64,000 nt of DNA from Candidatus Latescibacterota bacterium (GTDB lineage: Bacteria > Latescibacterota > UBA2968 > UBA8231). The stretch lies in assembly GCA_965215195.1 (NCBI GenBank), contig CBDCDC010000002.1, positions 2,624,001 to 2,688,000 of the forward strand, written 5' to 3'. The notes under the pieces are model-generated. The model did no database searches and was not told the origin of the DNA. It was given only the letters and a program-made list of their open reading frames with translations. Made by a program: the position numbers and the translations under genes. Positions 27,419-37,334 of this stretch are shown here, one piece after another; position 1 is the stretch's first letter; each line of letters begins with the position of its first letter.

Positions 27419-27633
27419 GGGAAAACGGCGAGGGTGAGGATGTCGGGATATTGCCACACTGTTCTCCTCGACCAGATTGCCAATATACCATTTACTCGCA
27501 CAAATTGGCTCCAGCCAAGAGTACTACGGACCTGAGAACATCATGCGGCTTACCTTCAACCCTATTCGGCAGGTCTTCCCACCTAATTGATTTCTCACGG
27601 TCCAAATCGGCCAAGGAGCATGTGCCTAATCGG

Positions 27634-28416
27634 CTAGTCCAACCGGCCGCTCTCCTCCACCCGCGGCGGCATAAAAAACTCGTACTGCTCCGGCGTACCG
27701 TAGCCCTCCATCTCCGTCAGCCGCACCCCTGTGCTGTTGAGCGCGGCCTCGACGATCCGCTTGTTAAAGGCACTGACGTTTTCCTCGGCCAAATACTCGG
27801 CTACCGGCATCCACAGACACTCGGCGATCTCGTCCTCCTGAATGCTAATCTCGGTGCTCAGGGGGCGCAGACGGCAGACGAAGTAAATATCCGACTTGCC
27901 GAAGCGGTAGCCGTGCCAGTGGCGGAAGCAGACCAGCGCGTCGAACTCAGTCTCGACCCCGGTCTCTTCGGCGACTTCGCGCACCACGGCTTCGGCCAAG
28001 TGCTCGCCCGGATGCAGCGCACCGCCGGGCAGCTTGTAGCGCGGCGGACCGGGCGCACGCCGATGGTACTTTTCGCTGACCACCAACAGTTCCCGCGCCC
28101 CGTTGAGCACCACTCCGCCCGCGCCGATATAGTGCGAGGCGTGGGCCGGCACATAAGCTCCTTCTTCGAGTTGCAAGGTCATCATTAGATAGCTGTCGCC
28201 ACTGTGGTGGAATGCAAACCCGGCTTCCACCGCCAGCGGGATCAACGCCGCCTTGACAATCGGGACCTCCAGCCAGACGACCCGATAGCCTTCGTCCCTC
28301 CAAGCCGCCAGCGAAACGCGCAGCCGCTCGGCAAACGCCGCCGGATCTGGATCGAGAGCCTCTGGTTTAGGAAGGATGCCGCCAAATGGATTCGTCGTTG
28401 CCGCAATAGGTTCCAT
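27634..28416 (-). CDS. NUDIX hydrolase, NUDT6/plant NUDX2-like
   Basis: GF.FHH, ASHYIGAGG, KLPGG....GE...AVVREVAEETG, FGKSDIYFVC. Confidence 0.9.
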   Translation of the reverse strand: MEPIAATTNPFGGILPKPEALDPDPAAFAERLRVSLAAWRDEGYRVVWLEVPIVKAALIPLAVEAGFAFHHSGDSYLMMTLQLEEGAYVPAHASHYIGAGGVVLNGARELLVVSEKYHRRAPGPPRYKLPGGALHPGEHLAEAVVREVAEETGVETEFDALVCFRHWHGYRFGKSDIYFVCRLRPLSTEISIQEDEIAECLWMPVAEYLAEENVSAFNKRIVEAALNSTGVRLTEMEGYGTPEQYEFFMPPRVEESGRLD

Positions 28417-28443
28417 GTATCCCGCCTCCCTCAATGGCCGCTA

Positions 28444-28472
28444 GTGATAGCAAACCCCGCCTAGCCTGTCAA
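28444..28472 (-). promoter_or_regulatory. Putative sigma-70 promoter of the NUDIX gene
   Basis: TTGACA-N17-TATCAC with TG extension. Confidence 0.4.
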
Positions 28473-28596
28473 GCGGTTTTCATACATTCTGACAGAGTTG
28501 TATAAAGAGATATTTTCTCTTTATGTTGATTCTTTGAATAAAATTTATAACTTTAATATATAAAAAAACGAAAAAATTAGGCTTAGAGAGAAGAAA

Positions 28597-29961
28597 ATGA
28601 TAATCAGATTCTCCGTTGAAAACTGGATGTCTTTCCGCGACCAAGCCACCTTTTCGATGATTGCCAGCCGAGAGCGCCAGCATGGAGAACGCGTTCCCAA
28701 GCTCGGCAAGTACCAAACGAGAGTTCTCCCGATAGCAGCGGTTTACGGCGGTAACGCCTCGGGCAAGACCAATCTTTTCAAGGCACTGAATTTTGCCAAG
28801 ACCCTAATCGTCAAGGGTACTAGACCCGACAGCCTGATCCCGGTCGAGACGTTCCGCTTGGATAGCAAGGGGACGAACCAACCCTCGCGCTTTGTATTTG
28901 AATTGCTGATTGATGAAGTCATCTACGACTTCAGCTTTGCAGTGACCCGAAAGGCGGTCCTAGAAGAAAGACTAGCGGTAATCACCAGTACCAGTGAAAA
29001 AGTGCTCTATGACCGCCGCGACGGAGAAATCAACTTTGACGCATCGCTCGCCAGAGAATTGTTTCTACAGTTCGCTTTCAAAGGGACCCGGGACAATCAG
29101 CTTTTCCTAACCAATTCTGTATCCCAAAAAGTGGACAATTTCAGGCCGGTCTATGACTGGTTCAAGGATACGCTTGTTCTGGTCGCACCTGACTCGCGAT
29201 TTGAGCCCTTTGAGTTGTTCCTTGATGAAAGACATCCATTGTACGCGGCCATGAACGAGATGTTACAACGGCTAGATACCGGGATCGTCCATCTGGGTAG
29301 TGAAGAAATTCCATTAGAGAACATCCCACTTCCCGATCCATTAAAGACCGCGCTTCAGGAAGAAGTGGAAGAAGGCATGACTGTTCGGTTGATGGAGGAG
29401 TCGATTAACGCCCGCTTCATGATCACCCGCGAGGACGGTGAGTTAATCGCCAAGAAAATGGTCTCCTTCCACCCAAAATCGGACGGCACGGAAGCCAAGT
29501 TTGAGATATACCAAGAATCGGATGGATCGCAACGGGTTATTGATCTCCTACCTGCCTTTCTCGAACTTTCTGCACAAACATCGCCGAAAGTCTATGTAGT
29601 TGACGAGATAGACCGCAGTCTGCATCCCTTACTGATCCGCCAACTGCTTGAAGTATACCTAGCTAGTTGTTCCGCAGAGCCTCGGACGCAACTGTTACTG
29701 ACGACCCATAACGTTATGCTGATGGACCAGCAGTTGCTGCGCCGGGACGAAATGTGGGTGACAGAAAGGGATAAGTCCGGCGCGTCCAGCCTGTTTTCCT
29801 TCAGCGAATACAAAGAGGTTCGCTACGACAAGGATCTTCGGAAAAGCTACCTACAGGGACGGCTGGGGGGAATCCCTCGCATTTTGTCGGGGGGCACTCT
29901 CATCAATCCTCATCTCATGGAGGAAAGTGAGGAGATGACGGATGCCGCTGAAAAGACGTAA
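28597..29961 (+). CDS. AAA_21 ABC-type ATPase, RloA-like
   Basis: [54 protein letters not shown]; lower GC, AT-rich upstream region. Confidence 0.9.
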   Translation: MIIRFSVENWMSFRDQATFSMIASRERQHGERVPKLGKYQTRVLPIAAVYGGNASGKTNLFKALNFAKTLIVKGTRPDSLIPVETFRLDSKGTNQPSRFVFELLIDEVIYDFSFAVTRKAVLEERLAVITSTSEKVLYDRRDGEINFDASLARELFLQFAFKGTRDNQLFLTNSVSQKVDNFRPVYDWFKDTLVLVAPDSRFEPFELFLDERHPLYAAMNEMLQRLDTGIVHLGSEEIPLENIPLPDPLKTALQEEVEEGMTVRLMEESINARFMITREDGELIAKKMVSFHPKSDGTEAKFEIYQESDGSQRVIDLLPAFLELSAQTSPKVYVVDEIDRSLHPLLIRQLLEVYLASCSAEPRTQLLLTTHNVMLMDQQLLRRDEMWVTERDKSGASSLFSFSEYKEVRYDKDLRKSYLQGRLGGIPRILSGGTLINPHLMEESEEMTDAAEKT

Positions 29962-30544
29962 TTTCCGCAGACCTCTTGGCGAGCGACGTTACCGAAAACT
30001 TTTTCTTATTGCGACAGAAGGGGTTAAGACCGAGCCGCAGTATTTCGCCATTCTAAATGACCGTTATGCGGTTATCCATGTAGATTGCCTAAAAAGCAAC
30101 TATCACAGCTCACCACTCCAAGTCCTGAAGCGTATGAAAAATCGCCTCAAGCGAAAAACTCTGAAGAATTCAGATGAGGCGTGGCTAGTGGTAGATAAGG
30201 ACCAATGGCAGGATGAACAGTTGGCGCAACTCCACGCATGGTCGCAGGATGCGGATAATTACGGATTCGCCCTTAGCAATCCCAAGTTCGAGTATTGGCT
30301 GCTGCTTCACTTTGAGGACGGTGCCAAGATCAGTTCGCCAAGCGAATGTTCCGTTCGGCTAAAGAAGCATCTTCCCGACTACGACAAGGGCCTTGATGGC
30401 CGAAAAATCACGTCCGGCATGCTCGAAGACGCTATCCATCGAGCCAAGGTTCGCGATAATCCTCCATGCGAGGATTGGCCGCGTACATTCGGTAGCACCA
30501 CAGTGTACAAACTGGTCGAAAACATCCTTAGCGAAAGACCATAA
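29942..30544 (+). CDS. rloB: RloB domain protein
   Basis: [43 protein letters not shown]. Confidence 0.88.
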   Translation: MPLKRRNFRRPLGERRYRKLFLIATEGVKTEPQYFAILNDRYAVIHVDCLKSNYHSSPLQVLKRMKNRLKRKTLKNSDEAWLVVDKDQWQDEQLAQLHAWSQDADNYGFALSNPKFEYWLLLHFEDGAKISSPSECSVRLKKHLPDYDKGLDGRKITSGMLEDAIHRAKVRDNPPCEDWPRTFGSTTVYKLVENILSERP

Positions 30545-30548
30545 TCCC

Positions 30549-32387
30549 ATGCAACGCACTCTGCACAGAAAGCTCATCGGCCCCAAGGCCCATCGCCAGC
30601 TCCTCGCCTTCCTCGGCGAGCACCTGCCCCGCTTCACGCCCCCCACTTCGGCCGCGGCCTGGCGCAAGCAAGCCCCGGCTCTGCGCACCCAAGTCCTCGA
30701 CCTATTCTTCCGCGGCCATCCCGCCGGCCTCCTCGCGGAAGAGCCGCAAGTTCACTGGGGCAACTGCATCGACACGGGTGCTGGCTACACCATCCGCAAG
30801 CTGCGCTACGAGGGCTATCCCGGCCTCTGGGTCCCGGCCCTGCTCTACGAGCCTGACCAACTCGGGGAAAAGGCCCCGGCCGTCCTCAACCCCAATGGCC
30901 ACCACGCCGGCGGCAAGGCCATGGACTACAAGCAGGCCCGCTGCATCAACCTCGCCAAGCGCGGGATGCTGGCGCTCAATACCGAATTTCTGGGGATGGG
31001 CGAACTGCGCGCCGACGTCGAACACAACCGCATCGGCCACCTCGACCTGTGCGGCATTGCCGGCATCGGCGTGTTCTATCTCTTGATGAAGCGCGGCCTC
31101 GACGTGCTGCTCGCCCACCCCAAGGCCGATCCCGAGCGCATAGGAATGACCGGCCTGTCGGGCGGCGGCTGGCAAACGGCTCTGCTGGCGGCCCTCGACG
31201 AGCGAGTCAAGGTCATTGTGCCAGTCGCCGGTCATTCGGCCATCTGGCAGCGCCGGGGCTGCATCGAGGACATTGGCGACCAAGAGCAATGCCCAACCGA
31301 CCTCTGCACGGTCGCCGATTACGACGCGCTCTCCGCGCTCTTTGCGCCGCGGCCGACCTTGCTAATCTACAACCGCCACGACGACTGCTGCTTCCAGACG
31401 CGGCGGGCGCGCAAGTCCATTTACGAGCCAATCCGGCCCGTCTTCGCCCTCCTCGGCGCACGCGATGACATCGCCCTCCACGACAACATTGACCCCGGCA
31501 CCCACAACTACGAGCGCGACAACCGCTGCCAGCTCTACAAATTTCTCAATCGGCATTGGGGATTGGCAACGCCAGACGACGACCTGCCCTATCGCGACGA
31601 ATTGCACACCGAAGAAGCCCTCGCGGTCGGCCTACCCCCGGACAACGCCACTTTGCTCTCCATCGCGCAGGCAGCTCTTGGCAAGATCAGAACGCACAAA
31701 AGAAAAGCGCACACTCCGGCCGCCGCACGCCAAGCACTCGCCTCATTACTCAAGCTGCCGCAGTGGAAAAACAGATCCCTGCAAGAAGTCGGCACCGCGC
31801 AAAAGCGCAACGACAGCACCATCCAACACTACCTATTGCATCTCGACGACACTTGGACCCTGCCTCTGACCGAGTACGCGCCGCCGCGCCCCCGAGGCAT
31901 TGAGCTGCTCATCGCCGATGGCGGGCGCGGTGCGCTTGCTGGCCCGCTAGCCACCGCCCTCGCCCAAGGCCGCCGGGTGCTCGTCGCCGACATCTTCGCT
32001 ACCGGCGAACTCCGCACCGACCCGCGCCACCAGATGCTAATCGCCACCGCTGGCCAGCGTCCGCTCGGCATCCAAGTCGGCCACGTGCTCGCGCTGCTGG
32101 CGACAGCACACCAAAAGAGCCGGGCCCTACACCTGACGGCGCACGGCCGCGTCTGCCCGGTCATCGCGCTAATCGCTGCCGCGCTAAAACCCCAAGCCCT
32201 CGCCTCGCTGACGACCAACGCCCTCATCGATTCCCTTGGCCGCCTCATCGACTGGCCACTGTCCTACGCCGCCGCCCCGTCGCTTTACTGCTTTGGCCTA
32301 CTGGCCGAATTCGACATCCCCGACCTGATCGCGCTTTCAGCACCCGTGCCGCTCGCCGATCCCCATCGCGGGCCGCTGCGCCGCTGA
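30549..32387 (+). CDS. Alpha/beta hydrolase (acetylxylan esterase-like)
   Basis: VPALLYEP, PAVLNPNGH, DPERIGMTGLSGGG, APRP.L, H.Y. Confidence 0.8.
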   Translation: MQRTLHRKLIGPKAHRQLLAFLGEHLPRFTPPTSAAAWRKQAPALRTQVLDLFFRGHPAGLLAEEPQVHWGNCIDTGAGYTIRKLRYEGYPGLWVPALLYEPDQLGEKAPAVLNPNGHHAGGKAMDYKQARCINLAKRGMLALNTEFLGMGELRADVEHNRIGHLDLCGIAGIGVFYLLMKRGLDVLLAHPKADPERIGMTGLSGGGWQTALLAALDERVKVIVPVAGHSAIWQRRGCIEDIGDQEQCPTDLCTVADYDALSALFAPRPTLLIYNRHDDCCFQTRRARKSIYEPIRPVFALLGARDDIALHDNIDPGTHNYERDNRCQLYKFLNRHWGLATPDDDLPYRDELHTEEALAVGLPPDNATLLSIAQAALGKIRTHKRKAHTPAAARQALASLLKLPQWKNRSLQEVGTAQKRNDSTIQHYLLHLDDTWTLPLTEYAPPRPRGIELLIADGGRGALAGPLATALAQGRRVLVADIFATGELRTDPRHQMLIATAGQRPLGIQVGHVLALLATAHQKSRALHLTAHGRVCPVIALIAAALKPQALASLTTNALIDSLGRLIDWPLSYAAAPSLYCFGLLAEFDIPDLIALSAPVPLADPHRGPLRR

Positions 32388-32435
32388 GCTTCGCTGTTCA
32401 GTTTTGAAACTTGTTTTTCGCTGTTGGGCAGAACT

Positions 32436-33157
32436 GTACGCGCAAAACGGCCTGCTGATTTCCAGCGGGAAACCAACAGGCCGCTCTTAGCCCTTTCTAC
32501 AACGGCTTGTTGCGCTAGGCGAACAGCGCTGCGACTGGCACCTCCCACCCCGGCACCACCTGCCCTCCCTTCAGCACATCGCCTTCGCGCAATACATCCA
32601 CAGCATCCGAGGTTCGATGCACCGCCACCGTGCGCTGCCGTGGCTCGACGACCACCACCATCTGCGTCCCAGCCGCCAGCCAAGCGGCCACCTTTTCCGC
32701 CACTTCCCCGTAGCGATCTCCCGGCGAGACCACCTCCACCGCCAAATCGGGTGCGCCCGGCCAATAGCCGACCACCGCGCCGACCGCATCTAACCGCGCT
32801 TGGCACACAAAAGCCGCATCCGGGGCCCGCACCGTGTCCGGGTCCGACCCCAGCCGAAACCCCGTCTCCGCCGCATACACCACTCCTAAGCGGTTGGCCA
32901 GCACGTGCTGACCCAATGATACGGTCACCAACGCGGAGATCTTGCCGTGTTCATTGCCTGCTGGCGTCATCTTGTGCAACTCCCCGCGCACCAGTTCGTA
33001 GCGAAAACCATCGTCTGGCAACCACTCTAGTTCGGCCGCTGTGGCCACTTGTTCGACCATCGTCATAGGCTATCGTCCTCGCCCCCTTCATCTCAAGTGG
33101 AGAGCATCGCCTCCGCACCTTATATAGAAAGGATGGACATGTCCGAAAAACTGCCCC
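32436..33157. repeat. Segmental duplication, copy 1 (copy 2 at about 35321-36080)
   Basis: Shared hairpin CGGCCTGCTGATT..AAACCAACAGGCCG, Uma2 gene, upstream blocks and GAAAGGATGGACATGTCCGAAAAACTGCCCC. Confidence 0.85.
32515..33066 (-). CDS. Uma2 family endonuclease
   Basis: RYELVRGEL..M.PAG.EHG, VRAPDAAFV, APDLAVEVVSP, KV..WL.AG. Confidence 0.92.
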   Translation of the reverse strand: MTMVEQVATAAELEWLPDDGFRYELVRGELHKMTPAGNEHGKISALVTVSLGQHVLANRLGVVYAAETGFRLGSDPDTVRAPDAAFVCQARLDAVGAVVGYWPGAPDLAVEVVSPGDRYGEVAEKVAAWLAAGTQMVVVVEPRQRTVAVHRTSDAVDVLREGDVLKGGQVVPGWEVPVAALFA

Positions 33158-33217
33158 GCCAGAATCTCTTTGCGGAACAACATACGGAATGCACTTAGCG
33201 CCTTTTCGCCACAACCC

Positions 33218-34294
33218 CTATCCATATTTTTCCCGCAGGCACCGCGCCGCTTCCACCTCGTTTTTGAGCTTGCTATAAACCTCGTCGATATCGACTTTCG
33301 CCGCCGATCCGGGAGCGAATCCGCAGTCCGGGTTGAGCACCACCCGCTCGGGCACCAAGTACTCCAACGCCTGTTCCACCCGCCCGATGATCGTCTCCGG
33401 CTCGTCGACCTCGCCCGGATGCACCCCCACACAACCCAAGCCGATCTCTAAATCTTCGCGCAGTGCCTTAAACACCTCCGCATCCCCTGCGCCCGGACTG
33501 GTAAATTCCATAGTCAGATGGTGTACCTTCAGGCGATTGAGATAGGCGATGATCGGGCCATAGCCGCCGGTGTGACATGCCTCGCCCCGGACCCGGGCAC
33601 CCGCACGGCGGCACAAATGCACGGCCAAGCGCACCCCTGTGGCTCCCTCTACCACCGCATTGGTCATCGCCACCGCAAAGTCGGCCTCGGCCTCGGGGTC
33701 GTCGTATCCGGCTCGCACCTCGTCATCGACGAGCAGGCATAGATGCGGATCGTCGATCTGCACGATATCGGCACCGGCCTCGCACAATAGCGCCAACTCG
33801 CGGCGCAGAATCGGCACACAAGCCTCGACGAATCCATTGCGGGTCGGATAGGCTCCGCGCGATTGTTCCGCATCCCACATCCGCTCGCCCAATAGCGCTG
33901 GCGCGGGCAAGGTGGCCTTGATTTTGCGCGAGCTAACCTGCTTGAGAAATTCTATTTCCCGCGCGATAAACCCTTCGTCTTTCGGCACCAACTCGCCCGT
34001 GACGATGGTCCACGGCCTGCCGTCCGCATTCCGGCTCAACTCGAAGCCATGCGCCAATTCGGCGATCACGCCGATATACGAGGCACGCCGCCATTCACCA
34101 TCGGTGATCACGTCCAACCCCGCCGCTTCCTGCAACGCCGCCGCATAGGCCACGGCCGCGTCCATCACCTGCCCCAGCCGTTCAGCGTCCATTGGCCGCT
34201 CACCCATCACCGCCTCGCGTACAAAATCCGGTCGCGGCAGCGAGCCGACCACCGCGGCCGGAAAGAGCGTCCCGTAGTGTTGACGAGTCGACAT
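33218..34294 (-). CDS. Cobalamin-independent methionine synthase II family protein
   Basis: VVGSLPRP, QE.AGLDVITDGEWRR, QIDDP, HLCR, LNPDCGFA. Confidence 0.88.
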   Translation of the reverse strand: MSTRQHYGTLFPAAVVGSLPRPDFVREAVMGERPMDAERLGQVMDAAVAYAAALQEAAGLDVITDGEWRRASYIGVIAELAHGFELSRNADGRPWTIVTGELVPKDEGFIAREIEFLKQVSSRKIKATLPAPALLGERMWDAEQSRGAYPTRNGFVEACVPILRRELALLCEAGADIVQIDDPHLCLLVDDEVRAGYDDPEAEADFAVAMTNAVVEGATGVRLAVHLCRRAGARVRGEACHTGGYGPIIAYLNRLKVHHLTMEFTSPGAGDAEVFKALREDLEIGLGCVGVHPGEVDEPETIIGRVEQALEYLVPERVVLNPDCGFAPGSAAKVDIDEVYSKLKNEVEAARCLREKYG

Positions 34295-34295
34295 A

Positions 34296-35060
34296 TTAGC
34301 CGCCGTATTCGCCTGACCAGCGCACATTGGCCAGCGCGACGTCCTCTTCAGTGTCAATTTCCATATACTCGCCATCGGTGGTCACCATGTGCAAGGCCAA
34401 TCCTGCGCTTAGCATTTCCTCGAAGAGGTGAATCAGATAAGCCTTTTCGAATGGCGTGCCGTCCTTCCAGTTCTGCCCGGCGTACTCCGCCTTCATCCGC
34501 TGATAATGCGCCTGCAAAGACCGCGCCCCCGCCACACTGAACCGCGCCACGCCGATATACTCGCCGCTGGCCGCTGGCGCAGGAATGGCGCGGTTGACCT
34601 CCACGACCCGATCGCCCTCGGCCACGATCTTTTCGGCATCGTCCTCGGGGTGCTGGCTGCGATCGGCATAGCGCGTACGCCAGTCCGTATCAACGCAGAG
34701 CGCGATATCGCCCTCGTGCTCCAGCGCTCGACGCACGACCGTGGGACGGTAGAGAATATCGGCATAGGAACAGACAAAACCATCGGCCATATACTCCTCG
34801 GCGCAAAAGAGCGAAGCCAAGATATTGTTGTGCTGCCAGTCGGCGTTATGACAATAAGTGAGATGCGGGTAGTCGGCTTGGATCTGCTCAATGCGATAGC
34901 CGCCGACAAAGACCGGCGTCTCTAACCCGGCCGCGGCCAGCGCCTCGAGCATCCAGTCGAGGATCCGCCGCCCGCCGATGGGCACATAGCATTTGGGCTG
35001 CCCGTCGGTCAGGGCGTTGAGCCGACTGCCGCGGCCGGCACCGATGATGATGGGACGCAC
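34296..35060 (-). CDS. Phosphocholine cytidylyltransferase-like NTP transferase
   Basis: IIIGAGRGSRL...T...PKC, NILASL, GEYIG, EIDTEED; AAGGAG RBS, GTG start. Confidence 0.85.
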   Translation of the reverse strand: MRPIIIGAGRGSRLNALTDGQPKCYVPIGGRRILDWMLEALAAAGLETPVFVGGYRIEQIQADYPHLTYCHNADWQHNNILASLFCAEEYMADGFVCSYADILYRPTVVRRALEHEGDIALCVDTDWRTRYADRSQHPEDDAEKIVAEGDRVVEVNRAIPAPAASGEYIGVARFSVAGARSLQAHYQRMKAEYAGQNWKDGTPFEKAYLIHLFEEMLSAGLALHMVTTDGEYMEIDTEEDVALANVRWSGEYGG

Positions 35061-35087
35061 AGCTCTCCTTTCGTTGTTAGCTCACTC

Positions 35088-35213
35088 GCTAAGTACACGA
35101 CAGTAGGGCCTTACCCTCGGATCGAGGGCATCTTGCCCTCGTCGAGGGCGGGACGCCCTCGATCCCGGACTCATCGCCCATTAACGACAAGTTATCGGTG
35201 TCGTGTAGTTAGG
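35088..35213. mobile_element. MITE (family A, copy 2) carrying a GAGGGC..GCCCTC double palindrome
   Basis: TIRs GCTAAGTACACGACA / reverse complement CCTAACTACACGACA; flanks CTCACTC / ATCACTC (6/7). Confidence 0.7.
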
Positions 35214-35368
35214 ATCACTCGACACACCCTGCGCCTTGTTGCCGGCCGGTGGCTTGGACGGTCCAGAACCGCCAATCTGCGCTTCCACGACCTCAAGCGG
35301 CGCAAAGATCGCCTTCAGCGGTACGCGCAAAACGGCCTGCTGATTCCCAGCGGAAAACCAACAGGCCG

Positions 35369-35920
35369 CTAAGCGAACAACGCCGCGACCGCCACCTTCC
35401 ACCCCGGCACCACTTCCCCGCCCTCCAGCACATCGCCTTCGCGCAATATATCCACAGCGCCCGAAGTTCGATGTACCGCCACCGTGCGCTGCCGTGGCTC
35501 GACGACCACCACCATCTGCGTCCCAGCCGCCAGCCAAGCAGCCACCTTTTCCGCCACTTCCCCGTAGCGATCTCCCGGCGAGACCACCTCCACCGCCAAA
35601 TCGGGTGCGCCCGGCCAGTAGCCGACCACCGCACCGACCGCATCTAACCGCGCTTGGCGCACAAAAGCCGCATCCGGGGCCCGCACCGTGTCCGGGTCCG
35701 ACCCCAGCCGAAACCCCGTCTCCGCCGCATACACCGATCCCAAGCCATGGGCCTCCACGTGTTGTGCCAAGGGCCAAGCAACGCGCATCGCGATTTTTCC
35801 GTGTTCATTGCCCGCAGGCACCATCTTACGCACCTCCCCACATACTAATTCGTAGCGAAAACCATCGTCCGGCAGCCGTTCCAAGTCCGCCGCCGTGGCC
35901 GTATGTTCGACAATTGTCAT
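35369..35920 (-). CDS. Uma2 family endonuclease (paralogue of 32515-33066)
   Basis: Same motifs; C-terminal two-thirds nearly identical to copy 1. Confidence 0.92.
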   Translation of the reverse strand: MTIVEHTATAADLERLPDDGFRYELVCGEVRKMVPAGNEHGKIAMRVAWPLAQHVEAHGLGSVYAAETGFRLGSDPDTVRAPDAAFVRQARLDAVGAVVGYWPGAPDLAVEVVSPGDRYGEVAEKVAAWLAAGTQMVVVVEPRQRTVAVHRTSGAVDILREGDVLEGGEVVPGWKVAVAALFA

Positions 35921-36061
35921 GAGCTATCGTCCTCGTCCCCTTCGGCTTTAGATGCGAAATACTATGCGGAATATACCTACCGCCTTCTACCCAAACAATC
36001 GCCAGTGGAGAGCATGGCCTCCGCACCTTATATTGAGATATTACACATTGAAAGGATGGAC

Positions 36062-37330
36062 ATGTCCGAAAAACTGCCCCTCGCCATCGTCGGCTGCGGC
36101 GGCATGGGCCACCGCCACCTCTACGGCCTCGCCGAGCTGCAAAGCACTGGCCTGTCGCCCTTTGAACTGGTAGGTGCCTGCGACCCCAATCTCGACAACG
36201 CCCACTCGCTCGCCGACCAAGCCGAAGAGCGACTGGGCACGCGACCCCAACCCGTCAAAGACCTCGCTGAACTAGCTTCCGTCGCCCCGGTGCAAGCCGT
36301 CGATATCACCACCCTACCGGCCCATCACCACACGGTGGCCATTGAGGCCATGGAGCGCGGCTGGCACGCGATGTGCGAAAAACCTATGGGGCTTACGGCC
36401 CGCGCCTGCAAGCAGATGATCGCCAAGGCCCAAGAGACCGGGTGCGTCCTCTCGGTGGCCGAAAATTACCGCCGCGACCCGGTAAACCGCCTCGCCAAGG
36501 CACTCCTCGACGCCGACGTCATTGGGCGTCCGCGCCTGATGCAGCAAATTGCCGTAGGCGGCGGCGACGGCATGCTCATTTCGGTGTGGCGGCACCAAAA
36601 AAACGCCAGCGGCGTCCTCCTCGACGTGGGCGTTCACTTTGCCGACATCATGGAGTACTTCCTCGGGGAGGCCGACACGGCCTACGCGCAAACGCGCCTG
36701 CACGAGCCGACGCGCAAAAACCCCGTAGCCGGCCGCGACGTCAGCAGCGGCTCGTCGGGAGGCGTCTATGAACGCTGGCAAAAAGACATGCCCGCGGAGT
36801 TTACTGCTACCGCGGACGACGCGGCCTACGCCACCATCCTCTTCAAAAGCGGCGCGGTCGCCCAGTACACCGAAGACCACGCGGCCCACGGCCAAAACCT
36901 GTGGCGGCGCTCCATCCACGGCAGCCGCGGCTCACTCGAACTGCCCGGCGACCGCTCGGGCCAACGCCTCGCGCTCCACCTCGACGGCGCAGACCCCATC
37001 GGCGACCAAGCTCTCCTCGACCTCGTGCCCGATCACCGCCTCGACGAGGTCACGGCCGCGCTCTTCGGCGGCGACCGGCTCTTCGAGTACGACTTTCCCT
37101 TTCCCGAGACCGATCGCAAGCTAATCGCCGTCGAATACCACGAACTCGGCACTTGCATCCAACACGGGCGACAGCCCGAAGTCAATGCCCAGCAAGGCAC
37201 TCGCTCCGTGGGCCTGTCTTACAGCCTGCTGGAGTCGCAAGTTGCCGGCCGTGCGCTGTCGGTCGATGCCGTCTGCAACGACCTGATCAACGCCTACCAA
37301 GCCGAGATCAACGAGCATCTGGGGCTCTAA
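36062..37330 (+). CDS. Gfo/Idh/MocA family oxidoreductase
   Basis: AIVGCGGMG, MCEKPM, VAENYRRDP, LLDVGVH; alternative ATG at 36056. Confidence 0.9.
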   Translation: MSEKLPLAIVGCGGMGHRHLYGLAELQSTGLSPFELVGACDPNLDNAHSLADQAEERLGTRPQPVKDLAELASVAPVQAVDITTLPAHHHTVAIEAMERGWHAMCEKPMGLTARACKQMIAKAQETGCVLSVAENYRRDPVNRLAKALLDADVIGRPRLMQQIAVGGGDGMLISVWRHQKNASGVLLDVGVHFADIMEYFLGEADTAYAQTRLHEPTRKNPVAGRDVSSGSSGGVYERWQKDMPAEFTATADDAAYATILFKSGAVAQYTEDHAAHGQNLWRRSIHGSRGSLELPGDRSGQRLALHLDGADPIGDQALLDLVPDHRLDEVTAALFGGDRLFEYDFPFPETDRKLIAVEYHELGTCIQHGRQPEVNAQQGTRSVGLSYSLLESQVAGRALSVDAVCNDLINAYQAEINEHLGL

Positions 37331-37334
37331 AACC

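Noticed and set aside
35270-35320. LRFHDLKR resembling a tyrosine recombinase motif
   Set aside because: Short isolated match with no supporting ORF.
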